From: Trichoplax adhaerens
Taxonomy: Eukaryota; Animalia; Placozoa
Reading direction: 5' to 3'
DNA length: 64,000 bases
NCBI RefSeq assembly: GCF_000150275.1
Contig: NW_002060946.1
Span: 7,732,829-7,796,828 of the forward strand
Shown: positions 1-11,329 of the stretch, one piece after another
How the letters are laid out: every line of letters begins with the position of its first letter
How positions within the stretch are numbered: position 1 is the stretch's first letter
Made by a program: the position numbers and the translations under genes
The notes under the pieces: generated by a model
Database searches by the model: none
Told to the model about the DNA's origin: nothing
The model's input: only the letters and a program-made list of their open reading frames with translations

Positions 1-1761
1 CCTTAATAAAACAATTAGAAGTATTAAATTCTAGTTATCATATCTAACTACATGTACATAATAGTCTTACATATTCTACTGCGAAGCTCGGAGCTGTTGT
101 TAACAATTGTCGCACGTAATGGCGTGATTGTTGGCATGGGAAAGCTAGCATTAAATTTAAAGCTGCCATTTCCTAGATAATCTAGATGATCATATATATC
201 GGCCATGGTTGCTTTCACTATGGCAGGCTTTATTGCTTGTATTGGTACCTGTAACATCAAGCAACAGCCAGGTATTATTTAAACTCAGATAACATGAAAA
301 GCTATGAAAGACTATGGCTAGCTAATACATCCAAATTATGTTCAACTTACGATCGGGTTTCCTAGAGTTTTGAAGATTCCTCCAATAACAACAGGCACAT
401 ACTCAACTTCTACGTTAATAGGACTCAGCTCTTTCACAAAGTTGGGTAGCTGCAGCGAATTAGTAAATATTTTACATTAGTGAAATTTGGTTTAACGATC
501 ATATAATCTTCAGATTAGAATATCATCAATATTATTTCATCTACTAACGCGAATAGATGCTATATAGCTCCAGTAACTGCTAAAATCAAAATAAAATGTC
601 AACTTAGCATCACGACTAGCGGCAGCAGAATCCGGTGTTGCTAATCTCAACTCTCTTGCAGATTTGTTGCCAATGGCTCTTTCCACAAAATGTAATCTAT
701 CAACTCCACGAAATAGCTTTCCCGAGACGTAGAAACTATATTCAAAGTTGAATCAAAATTAAGCTGCGACAAAAATAGCACTTTATCATTACCATATTGA
801 CGGAATTACGTGCCTGGGCAATCGATATACACCTCTTTCAGATGCTTCCTCGTTGAACGACTGTAATTGGCTTTCCCCTTTGTCTATTTGCTCCTTAACA
901 TTCACTGATAGCCCAAGCTCTTTTACCACAGACTCTAATGACTTTCAATAGCAAGTTTAGTTAATACTTATTCATATGAACATTGAAGCTAATATATGGG
1001 CATAAAGGCATATAATTACAATTGAATCTGCACTAAAGTAAATTATCAAAAAATTTCTCTCTTTAGTACCACATTTGTAGTAATTATAACGAAATAGGCG
1101 TTTATCATTTCCTTGTTAAGGCAATCTTTCAATCTCGTTGGAATTGACTACTTTAAGGGCACTATACTAACTTCGCTTTCTAGAATATCAGAATTCCTCT
1201 CCCAGTACTGTTGATATAAAGCTACAGACAACTGTTGCCTGATGGTATTGTCATCAATTGATGCTAATAATCTTTGAGCGTTGTGGCTGCGCTCGAGATT
1301 GTTGTTCTTAGCTTCCAAATGAGCTGGTATTTGCAGCCTTTTTGCTGTTATTTGAAGGTCTATAGTTGATATAAGAGGAGAGAATAAGTAGAGTCAGGAT
1401 AAGTGCAAACCGTATAGCAGTATTAAGTTAATGCCTTGAGATATTTAGATGGCATTTATAAGGTACAAATACTGTACACGTTAACTTTAGTTCATTAACG
1501 TCACTAATTTGAAAATTACTATGCGCCTACTGTACATGATACGAAAAGTGACGACCTCTCTGCATCCATTTCAACTTGGAAGAATTACGAATTCCATCGT
1601 CGGTGCTTGTATTTCCTAAAATTGAACCTACGATACGAGATAAAACCAACATAGGATTGCATTAAGCTCCATATTTACAATGAGGCCAAAGTTTGCTATG
1701 GCTTTAAGATAGTCCGGCAGATGCATGAACGACATAACAAACAACACTTTCCAGCTGGCGA
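1..1761 (-). CDS. Spliced gene for a tandem two-domain DsbA-like / 2-hydroxychromene-2-carboxylate isomerase (GST-kappa family) protein; runs off the left edge, 5' end unresolved or possibly disrupted
   Basis: Manual translation of the minus strand gives phase-compatible exons 1627-1556, 1359-1172, 941-814, 735-549, 449-351 and 248-71. They read ...SSKLKWMQR/DLQITAKRLQIP...NAQRLLAS...LSVALYQQYW...ERGVYRLPS/FYVSGKLFRGVDRLHFVERAIG...KLTFYFDFSSYWSYIASIR/...VEYVPVVIGGIFKTLGN...FPMPT. These match the family motifs FYFDFSSPxSY, PxxLGGIF, GVFGVPxF and LFWGxDRL. A candidate upstream exon from 1761 (SRQLESVV) hits TAA at 1706-1704. Confidence 0.8.
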
Positions 1762-2565
1762 CTAAGTACATTTGTCAGATTTAATCTTTAACTTTAATAA
1801 TGACGAAATTGTGGTCTATTTAGTATCTAAAAAATAATATTGGCGAATATTACTAAATAGCAATGAGAGAGCACTGGTGAAATGCAGCGAGATCTTATTT
1901 ATTATTTGTTACGCGAACGTGTAAGGGCGGTTAAGGTTAGCAGTTATAGTATTGATGTTGATGTACCCGTTTAGTATCATAAGGATCACCAATTTACTTG
2001 AAAATAATAAATTTTAGCCACTTGGCAAGCGAAGTTTTGCAATATGTTATTCTATTATGTGCAAGGTATGCAAAACCATATTGTTACGCAACATTTACAA
2101 TCCAACATTAATATATAATTCATGATTGAAATGCATTTGGATATATTTTTGTAGATCGTTACCTTCCAAAGTAGAACTATAATATTCACTATCATCTGGA
2201 ACTATTTTATATACTCGCATTATCATGAAAAAGCCCTTGCATTACGAGTATGAACTATGATATTATTTAAGTAGCTGCAGCAATTATTTAATTAAGAGTG
2301 AAAAGAATTCATCCACTTTGACTTTCATCAAATTACATCCATCAATGATCATTGTTGTGATTTTTCGAATTCATCAACCAGTACCTATCAACATGTGAAT
2401 ATTAGGACTCCCCTTGGCCTCACGTAGGGCTAGAAATAAAAATAGTAGTATCAACAACACTAGCAACGAGCAGTAGGGTAGGGTCGGGCAGCTCCCAGCT
2501 TGTAATGTCGCTCGATCCAGCAAGCGGTGCCCAGTAAAACATTGCTTCGCTTAATAGTACGATTG

Positions 2566-2987
2566 CAGCTGGTTTTATCTTACCGTCAAATAGATCGTAA
2601 TCGTTGCACTGAAATGATTCTGTGATTGAACATACTGAAGCCCAATTACGTTAAATTAGTCAATAGATGTTTCTATCGATAAGTATTGCTATAAGATGAT
2701 TCATTAATACAGCTGGATTTATCTTACTGTCAAATAGATCGTAGTCGTGATTCTGTGATTGAACATACTGAAGCCCAACTACGTTAAATTAGTCAATAGA
2801 TGTTTCTATCGATAAATATTATTACAAGGTGATTCATTAATACAGCTGGATTTATCTTACTGTCAAATAGATCTTAGTCGTAGCACTGAAATGATTCTGT
2901 GATTGAACATACTGCAGCCCAATTACGTTAAATTAGTCAATAGATGTTTCTATCGATAAGTATTGTTACAAGATGATTCATTAATAC
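2566..2987. repeat. Tandem repeat, 3 copies of a ~144-bp unit (middle copy 133 bp)
   Basis: Unit CAGCTGG(T/A)TTTATCTTAC...GATTCATTAATA starts at 2566, 2710 and 2843; copy 2 lacks 11 bp. Confidence 0.95.
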
Positions 2988-3150
2988 TAGCTCGGCAGAC
3001 AGTTCAATAAAATCAGTTCCTCGTTGAGTGACTTCGGAGCAAAGGTATCTAAGCTGATGTGAGTAGATAAGCGATACTGAATCCCTGAGACTTCTAAAAA
3101 TTTACAAATTCGTTTTCAAGTAAACCTTGTCACAACGCTGCTTCGTAATA
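2988..3150 (+). mobile_element. 3' (R/U5) end of a family-B-like LTR; left boundary uncertain, may include the 144-bp tandem array
   Basis: 3057-3150 (GTGAGTAG..GATACTGAATCCC.GAGACT...CCTTGTCAC...GCTG.TT.GT.A.A) aligns with the reverse complement of 41666-41755; AATAAA at 3006. Confidence 0.6.
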
Positions 3151-3927
3151 CTTACCAATAGTAATCGGCTTCCATAGTACTTTTACCTCCTTATTTCTTA
3201 GCAATGGCCGAATAGCATAAGAAGAGAGGTAGGAGAAGGGACAAGCAACATCATAATAGAACTCAATCAGCCGCGACATTGAACGTTTTTGGTTGACAAA
3301 CTATAAACGATTAATTAATACAACAAGATGTGCAACGGCGGCGATCCGCCTATACGGTAGCTCTTACCGGCTTATCCGCTATACAGGTCTACAGCGCTGT
3401 ATCTTATTTGGCCCATTGTGCACTATACTCTACAGTAACAGACATTGCACGTTCGTGTACAATGCCAATCAAGAAATGGAATGAATTAATTAAGACTAAA
3501 CTTCCTGCACTACGCTGTAAATTGAGAGCTTCTATATGTTTCAATGGACTTCGAGCCTGTAATTTTACAAATATTGGTACCACTGAGAATGAAAACATTT
3601 TTACTGTTGTTCAGTGTACCGAATAATTCATACTGATAGCTTATCCACCACTGTTGATCGCTAAAAGCAATGTTGTGCAATGGAGCAAAAAGGCAACCCC
3701 AACTTAATCAAATTGTTGATTTTCTAACCCGAAATGAATGCAATCGCTATACAAACACTGTATCTGTACAGTGTAGAGTGCCAATAATGGATTAATACTA
3801 CACTTCTTCCACTTCGTTGCAAATTGAGATTTTCTATATGATTCAATATACATTGCTGTAGACTTCTACAGCTAGTAATTTTACAAATGATTGGTATCGC
3901 TGAGAATGGAAACATTTTTACTGTTGT

Positions 3928-4217
3928 GCATCCCTTTTTAGTTAGTTGGTCGGTTAGATAGTCAACTAGTTTATCAATTGCTATTGAATTGTAAAGACTA
4001 TAATCTTGGGTGCCAAGATTTCTTCAGTAATAAATAGTAGTAAATCTCTGACTACCTCGTCTACACTATCAGTGACGCTATAATTATACTATAGTATTCG
4101 GTCGTTGGGACTGAATTATTTAGTAATATAGCTAATTTCGCCTCTTTAAGTCAGTAAGTGGCGTTCTCCGCAAGGATTGGCGTGTGTAGACTACTTTGTC
4201 ACTAGTGGTGTGTGACA
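3928..4217. mobile_element. Truncated LTR-like fragment ending ...TGTGACA; left end not defined
   Basis: Ends TGTCACTAGTGGTGTGTGACA (terminal hairpin shared with the other LTR families), directly followed by GTGCT. No matching left TSD found. Confidence 0.45.
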
Positions 4218-4222
4218 GTGCT

Positions 4223-4831
4223 TGTTATGGTTTAAGATATTATTAATTAACAATGTGATAATGTTATTGAAGTAGAAGTAGACGGTTACGTTTAGATAAT
4301 CGTAAATATTATGATCTGTTGAAAAATTGTGAGGTTCAATCGTTAAAGGACTTCCATTAACGAATGTGTAGAAGTAAGGTACTTAATATGCCAATGACGT
4401 GTAATAACCAAAATGGCGGTTGTCACACTTGTAGGGAATCTGTTAAATCTTAAACAGGATTTAAGTTGTTAATTGGGGCTATAATATTATTAGCGCATAA
4501 TATCAATTAACACATATTTGTCCGATAGTAATTAATAGGATTACAAAGTTATAGAAAAGACTAAGTTATGTATAAGAATAATTAACAGATTGCAAAGGTG
4601 TAGAATTGATACAAGTATATAAGAGGTGGTAATTTACCTCGCTGGAGAGGAGGAAAATAAGGAGACTTAATAAAGTTAGTTTAGTAAATTTATCCAGACG
4701 CTTCTAGTCCGCTGAGGTCCTTCGCTGAAGAAGAGTGAATAGTGACGCTTGGTAGCAGTTTTACTGTATGACAGAAGAGAGTAGGATAAGTGTGGAAAGG
4801 GAACTCGATTGTTACAAACGACGTTGTGACA
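4223..4831 (+). mobile_element. Solo LTR (family E), 609 bp
   Basis: TGTTAT...TGTGACA termini; perfect 5-bp TSD GTGCT (4218-4222 / 4832-4836); TATATAA at ~4616 followed by AATAAA at 4669. Confidence 0.85.
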
Positions 4832-5320
4832 GTGCTATACTTCTACAGCTCGTAATTTTACCAATATTGCTACAAATGCCTCGCTCGAGTTGGGTTTCGG
4901 CTTGACTTTGCTGCAAAGGGACAACTTCTGTATGTTTCAATATGCAGTGCTGTACTTTTACAGCTAATAATTTTACAAATATGGCTACAAATTTCCTCCC
5001 TCGAGTTGGCTTTCAGATTGACTTTGCACATCCCTAGCTAAAAGTCCAAGGATAGTAAGAGTAATCCTACCAGCAGAGCTTCAATATTAACTGATTAATT
5101 AATTAATTATCAAGGCATACAGTATAGCACAACACAGTAGATAGTACAGTATGAGGGCTGGAACGCACAGGAAAGAAGTTTATTGTCACATAGTTGAGAT
5201 GAGTAATAAACAGATATTTGCAATAGGAGAAGTGCAAGTTAGAGAAACATGTGTTAAGTAATATTGAGAATAGAGAGTAATCTAGAATGAGAGAGAAACC
5301 AAAATACTCACCGTACAATA

Positions 5321-5632
5321 GACACAACCATCTGAATTAATGTTTTTTATACGCTTTTAGTAGACTCGAAACTGTCCAACTGGTGTAGTATGTACTGTAC
5401 TTAAGAGCACGTCTTGAAAAAAAAAAAATTGTAAATACCGCCATTTTCTGTATTGACTATAAAAATGATAATGTTAACTCTTTTTACACGACGAAAAATA
5501 AAATAAGTTTGCGCAACCCAAAAATCATCGTATTGACAAATATTTTTAATCGACATGTTCTTAAGGGCATAATACACCAGTAGGACAGTTTCAACTAAGT
5601 GTCCAAAAAATATTAATTCAGATGGTTGGGTG
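5321..5632. mobile_element. MITE with long (~90-100 bp) imperfect terminal inverted repeats
   Basis: Left CAACCATCTGAATTAATGTTTTTT..GAAACTGTCCAACTGGTGTAGTATG..CTTAAGAGCACGTC mirrors right GACATGTTCTTAAG..CATAATACACCAGTAGGACAGTTTC..AAAAAATATTAATTCAGATGGTTG. No coding capacity; flanks TA / CA (possible decayed TA TSD). Confidence 0.85.
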
Positions 5633-6229
5633 CAGCGTTGTTCACAATTAAATGTTTAATGTACTATAGAACAACAAGAAGATTGAAAGGGCATACATTA
5701 CATACCAATTAAATTGTTACGATGAACTTATAAAATTCTTTGGTAATTTCTTGTAACTAGTAGAATCGTACTTGTACCTATTAGTAATTTATGACGATCT
5801 CAACGTTCGAAAAAATCATAGTTACATCAAATCAATCTATCCATTTTTAGGAACGTACGAGTACAGTATATGGTCTATCCTTTTATCGAGAATTAGTCTG
5901 CAAATAATCGTTACGGATAAAACTTTTATCACATGCTACAAACCTTTTATGTAGCTCAAAAATCTACCTGATCATCATTCATTGAAGGATAAAAATTCGA
6001 TTCAACGACGGTTATTACACCATTATTGATATCATGTCTTGATATCAGTAAATATGCGATAGTTGAAAACAGTATGAATTTATTATTACAGGCTTTATTC
6101 AAATGTTGCATTTTCAATAAATAAAATATGGCTACATTTGGTATCATTTCGCTACACAGCTTCTTCACTCTTGAGGTTAAAAGTAGGCTTTTTGTGTCAA
6201 GGGTCTTGAAAATCTGTTTCCTAATATAT

Positions 6230-6860
6230 TGTCACAAAACAGCTTTGCAACAAGATAACGCAATATACGATCAATAAGTCAATTCCTTGAACCACGTATC
6301 AAGGAACGATATCTGCACTATCACGAACACTTTTGCTCTTCTAGCAGACTACACAAAGACTTAAACGCCTCGTAATTTACGTTAAACACTAAGTTGGACA
6401 ATTCTTCTTTATTTCACGATATACTGCATTTATATACTATTCCTCTATAGTTCATGAGTCATAGTTAATACAATTAACATTAGAATCATTTACTGAATTA
6501 GATATTAATTTTAGCTACTGCTCCCTTAATGCAGACAACAGTATTTACGAACATAGACATGTAATGACTAATACAGAATAGTCAGATTACGATATGTCCT
6601 ATCACGGAACATTTCCATGATAATTTACAGTCTACCATAAGTAAATTACAATCACAATGATTCGAACTGTAAGCAGATGATTTGCATTCCCTATCATAAC
6701 TATTAATTTCAGTATGTGTATAAGTGTCACTGTCATAAAAAGTCAGTGCTATATTAAAATACAGTATATCCAAATTAGAAGTTAACTAAATAAGGATAGT
6801 CTAACAGAATTATCCTAACATAGTTATTTCTACTGTAATACAGTATTTAACACTGTAACA
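6230..6860 (-). mobile_element. Solo LTR (family A), 631 bp
   Basis: TGTCACA...TGTAACA; perfect TSD TATAT (6225-6229 / 6861-6865); minus-strand TATATAAA (6436-6429) then AATAAA (6413-6408); full-length similarity to 36482-37109. Confidence 0.9.
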
Positions 6861-9800
6861 TATATTTACAAATAAAGATGAGATATGGTTGAGATATTTA
6901 ATTACAAACGTACTGTCGTTCAAAGAATTGAAGCAGTTATACTTCCGATACCAGCTTGTAAGTTTTTCTATTAGTTGTACAGCCATTTTGCTAGACAGTA
7001 ATGCGATAGTTGTGATATTGTAAAATAGACCTACTTCCCGACCATCCATCCTAGTAGACAGTAAACTCGGATAAGTACGTGATAGACGTTACAGAAATGG
7101 AGGCTGCAATTTTATTATGATGAGCTAGACCCCTTATTGTATCAAGTATTAAGTGCTATTTTCCATAGTAAGTAATAAAATCAAAAAATAATAATAAAAT
7201 CTCGTCTCTTTTAAACTTTTTATCAAAAGAAATAGAAGACCGCATTTCATTTAATTCTGTCTATCGGAAGGAGACAAAAACTTCAGACTTGACTTAAGCA
7301 TGGTTACTTTGAGCTAGCAATGCCATAATTTAATACCTGGAAATTATGAATAATCAAAGTTCTCGTTTTAAACAATTAGTGGGTTAATACAATATGACAA
7401 TAGACGTACAGACTCAATTAAGTTCTAATTAATTTTTGAATGGTTGAAGAACCTTCGTAAACAATCATTGTTAGTTTTTTTTTATCGCTAATTAATGATG
7501 AATAGATCAGGGTGCTGCACTCAGTCTTTGACGAGCCTACACCGTATCACGTTAACTGATCAAGGTTAAAACATTACTCATCTCAATGATTAGTTATTGA
7601 GGTACAACAAGTTTTCCGCTTATAAAAATAATTACGCGACAAAACCGTTAATTATTTTAAATTTTATGAGAATCTTGCATATATAAACTCTTGGAATAAA
7701 ATTATGATGTTAATTTACGAGCATTTGGGGTTAGAGTAAGGGTTAGGAATAGTGTAAGGTCATATCTAAGTCTATTAAAATACCAAGGGATGACCAAGGC
7801 TGTTCTTAAATATTGAAATTAAGCTTAAATTCTATGGTCCTTCCATCAATTAGATTTACATGAAATAAAAAGATAATTTTCATATTCAGAGCTTTTATAT
7901 TTAAAATATTTTAGTTTGCATACGTGTCACGATGTTAAAAACTACCATTAAGTATTGATACATTATATTGATCATTATAAACACTTGACAGCTTGTCGTT
8001 AGGTTATAGATTGTAAAACTAATCCATTTTCCAGTATGGGCGAATGAATTAGTGAGATACCTAATTTTGTTAAAAGAGCTCAAAGGTCAGGTCGTGTTCT
8101 AATCATGATGGCTTCGTGTTAGATGCATGCTCTAACGTATTTTAAAATAAGGTATGAAACTTAAGGAAACGGTTCAATTATCAAGGAGGATTAATCTTAA
8201 TAAGTATATCGAGAAAAAAGAAGACCAGAAATATCTACGGTGTATTTTTGTCATTAAAAAATAAGATATCTATTTTCGGTGACAATAAGTCAGACAGTGT
8301 GTCAGATAGTGCGATAGGTTTTATTTTTAAGTTGAATTCAATCGATTAATCATAAAATTTTTACTAAGAAATTTAGAAATTCCAACGCCATATAGTTTGT
8401 CATTATGCATCAGTAATTGCTTCAACCGTGAGAAAGCGAATTATCTTTCTTGTCCCATTTGATTTAAGGTCATCTGTATCTGTGCATGTTATAGTACGTT
8501 GAATCTATCTTTTGTTCTTCTGTAGTTAATTGATTTAGAGTTTGACTCTATCGGTTTGATTTGACAATAAAATTTCCAATTAGGTTTCATAAGTTAGATC
8601 GTGAATTTTTCCTTATATCGAAATTTTATATAACCGAATTTCAAGAAAATCAATTTAATAATAGTTCTGCTCAGTCTAATCTTGATTTCGATAGCAAACC
8701 TACGTTTGTTATCAAATTAGACAATATTAAGATATGGCAACATTAATCGTAAAAAAACAATCTTATTTACGGTTAATATTTCCATTGCCTGTGCATAGTT
8801 ACGATCTAGACAATCCTCTATTAGCAGATCTAGCTTCTAAAGTTTTCTCATAGTCTTTGTTATTTCTAATTATCCAACTATGAATAAGATGACAAAGCTA
8901 AAAGCGATATTTTGGCGAAACATTGTGAGAAAATTTCGTGAACTGTTATACTATCTTGCTAACGCTTTGAATAACTTACAAATAGAAATAGAAAATACCT
9001 GCACGTAATCTTAGACTGAGATTCCTACATTTTCTAACTATTACAGTAGGCGTTGCAATCTACACAGCAGTGAAACAATAATCTGTTATTATAGGCTGGC
9101 ATAATATCTGCGTAATCGAAAGAAGTCGACTGAAAGATGATCCAAATCTTTGAAGAATCCTTAGCAGCCTCTTAATATGGAGTAAATCGAAAGCCAATTA
9201 AGTTAATATTCTCATCGTGCATTACAGTTTAACGATGAACTGAAATATACAGAATTAGTAATAGAAACTAACAAATTATATCTTTTAATATCAAATATCT
9301 TCTACTGCTGACTCTGTTAAGGTTATAATTCTTATCAAAAATCTCCGAAATGAATAGATATAGTATCAAATGCCCGTTTAAGTTGAAGTGATTCCGATGT
9401 TTAACATTTTTAAAACATTAAGTCATTTAACAGCGTACCTTTGGAATCTTATTTACCTTTATTTCACGCATTTTTAACGAAATTAGACGCGTATAACATT
9501 CATATAATTAATCACTTTAAAAGCATGCTTCTGAAGTGCAGAACGAAGATGCAAGTCTTGATCTACGAAAGAATCTATACATACAGACTACAGTTGTGAG
9601 ATTTTCCATCTCCTAGAATTTATCCAACCTCCATTGATAGTAATTGTTATTTTTAAAGAAGAAATAAGTTACGAGCACTACGTAATCGCAAATATAAGAA
9701 TAGATAATCATTTCAGACGAAATATTACAATCAGTAATTAATCAGTAACTAATCATTTCATTCTATTTCCAATTTTCAGTCAGCTACTACAACATCCAGA

Positions 9801-10273
9801 AAAACTGACTGCAACCAGGTAATTAATCTCATATAAGATGATGAAGTTCATGAGCTTAAATAAAACAAATGAGTTATGTTAACGTAATTACATACATTTC
9901 TAAATCAATTCACGTAGTAACGCCAAATATCACTATCGATGCACATAAGGATGCTCCTCATGAGAGAGGTGTCTTTTATTTTTAAAAAATTAAGTAGGCA
10001 CTTCAGAAATTGGATTCAGGACCATTAGACCATTCATGATAGATCTTAAAGCTACAGTTTACTTAGTAAAGCTAAGAAAAGACTACGAATAAGTCAATGT
10101 TATATTTCCAAACAATCAGATAGGAGAAAGGAAAATAACTAAAGTATTTTCTAATATTGGTACATTTTGCAAAATGGCCGATTATATATTATTTATAGTA
10201 CGGTATATGACTATGATCAATTGTACTTTCTATGCAAACACGGAAGTAAATTAGGAGATAATTTACAAAATTT

Positions 10274-11329
10274 TTAAGCTGGAGTTTCTTTAGACGCGGC
10301 AGTCGGCAAGTTACTAGAGCTTTCATTGCTAATATTCATCCCTCTTTTTATCTGTCCATAGAGACGAGTTATTCGAGCGCCGATATTTTTATCAAAACGA
10401 ATTAACAATATCGGATTAACCACCGAAGTCATAACGGTACTTGAAGCGGCAACAGCACATAAAAGGAAAAGAAACAGACTTTTTCGTTCTAAGTCACGAA
10501 TATCAATTCCTGTCACAGCCATACCGGATGCCATAGCAAAAAATGGCCATGTCATTGCTGCAAATACTGTTGTTATGATGATTAATGTTTTCACCAATGC
10601 CTTTCTTTTATCATTAGTTAAAAAAGAAGAAGCGACTGCTGTTTGCTTGCTTGGATCGCTTGATTCTGCTTTGCAAATCTTTGCTTTAGCTACCAAGAAA
10701 CAATAAATTTTGTTGTAGAGAACTGACATGGTAACCAATGGAGCGACATACAACAAAACAGTTACTGTGATAAAATAAATAAAGTTAAAGTGATCTCGTT
10801 GCAAAACAGCACAAGAATTTGTTGAGCCTGGTATCGTCCCTGTAACGTATATTAGCGGTAAAGAGGCTGTTATGCTAATAATCCAGATGGCAACAATAAG
10901 GCGCTTAAATACTATAAGCTTTTTCTGTCTTGATGCCAGTAATAGAGGTTTTAAAATAGACAAATATCGATCTAGACTTATGGCCACTAAAGTCAATATT
11001 GAAGCCATGTAGGACATTCCAATTATATACGATAGAGCTCGACAAATTATATCAGCCATTACAAAGGGCAAGGGAAATGATGACACAAATGGTAAGATAG
11101 AAAATGTAATTCCAGTTGCTAGATCAGAACCAACCATATTTGCAATGAGATGATAAGTGGGCAATTTAGATAAATTTTTGCTTTTAGTAATTGTGTGTAA
11201 GATTGCGCCATTTAATATTAAAGCAGTTAAAGAAGGCACCACAAAAAATCGTTGTGCAATTTGAAGAATACGAAATGTGGAACTTATATTAGCACTCATA
11301 TTAGCGTTCTCGATTTCTGATTGATTCAT
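10274..11329 (-). CDS. Intronless class A (rhodopsin-like) GPCR, 351 aa
   Basis: Seven hydrophobic segments; N-terminal NxS sequons; TM1 N, TM2 SD, TM3 C and SLDRY, TM4 W, ECL2 C, TM5 P/Y, TM6 TWP, TM7 NPILL, FDKNI. Confidence 0.95.
   Translation of the reverse strand: MNQSEIENANMSANISSTFRILQIAQRFFVVPSLTALILNGAILHTITKSKNLSKLPTYHLIANMVGSDLATGITFSILPFVSSFPLPFVMADIICRALSYIIGMSYMASILTLVAISLDRYLSILKPLLLASRQKKLIVFKRLIVAIWIISITASLPLIYVTGTIPGSTNSCAVLQRDHFNFIYFITVTVLLYVAPLVTMSVLYNKIYCFLVAKAKICKAESSDPSKQTAVASSFLTNDKRKALVKTLIIITTVFAAMTWPFFAMASGMAVTGIDIRDLERKSLFLFLLCAVAASSTVMTSVVNPILLIRFDKNIGARITRLYGQIKRGMNISNESSSNLPTAASKETPA

Larger units (their letters stand above)
3466..5027. repeat. Degenerate local repeat units (about 3466-3610 / 3780-3927 and 4832-4910 / 4947-5027) interrupted by LTR-like insertions
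   Basis: Shared core resembling TTCTATATGTTTCAAT...CTTCTACAGCT.GTAATTTTACAAATATTG; the last two units have a period of about 115 bp. Confidence 0.75.

Noticed and set aside
600-720. ATPDSAAAS as a retroviral aspartic protease motif
   Set aside because: It is the linker between two DsbA-like domains in a spliced gene.
3293-3915. Short ORFs with mutual similarity
   Set aside because: They derive from the non-coding degenerate repeat units and show no recognisable domain.
7725-7750. Telomere-like GGGTTA motifs
   Set aside because: Only two degenerate units; not an array.
10274-11329. Opsin identity for the GPCRs
   Set aside because: No Lys at the TM7 retinal-binding position and no other opsin signature; no gene symbol can be assigned.
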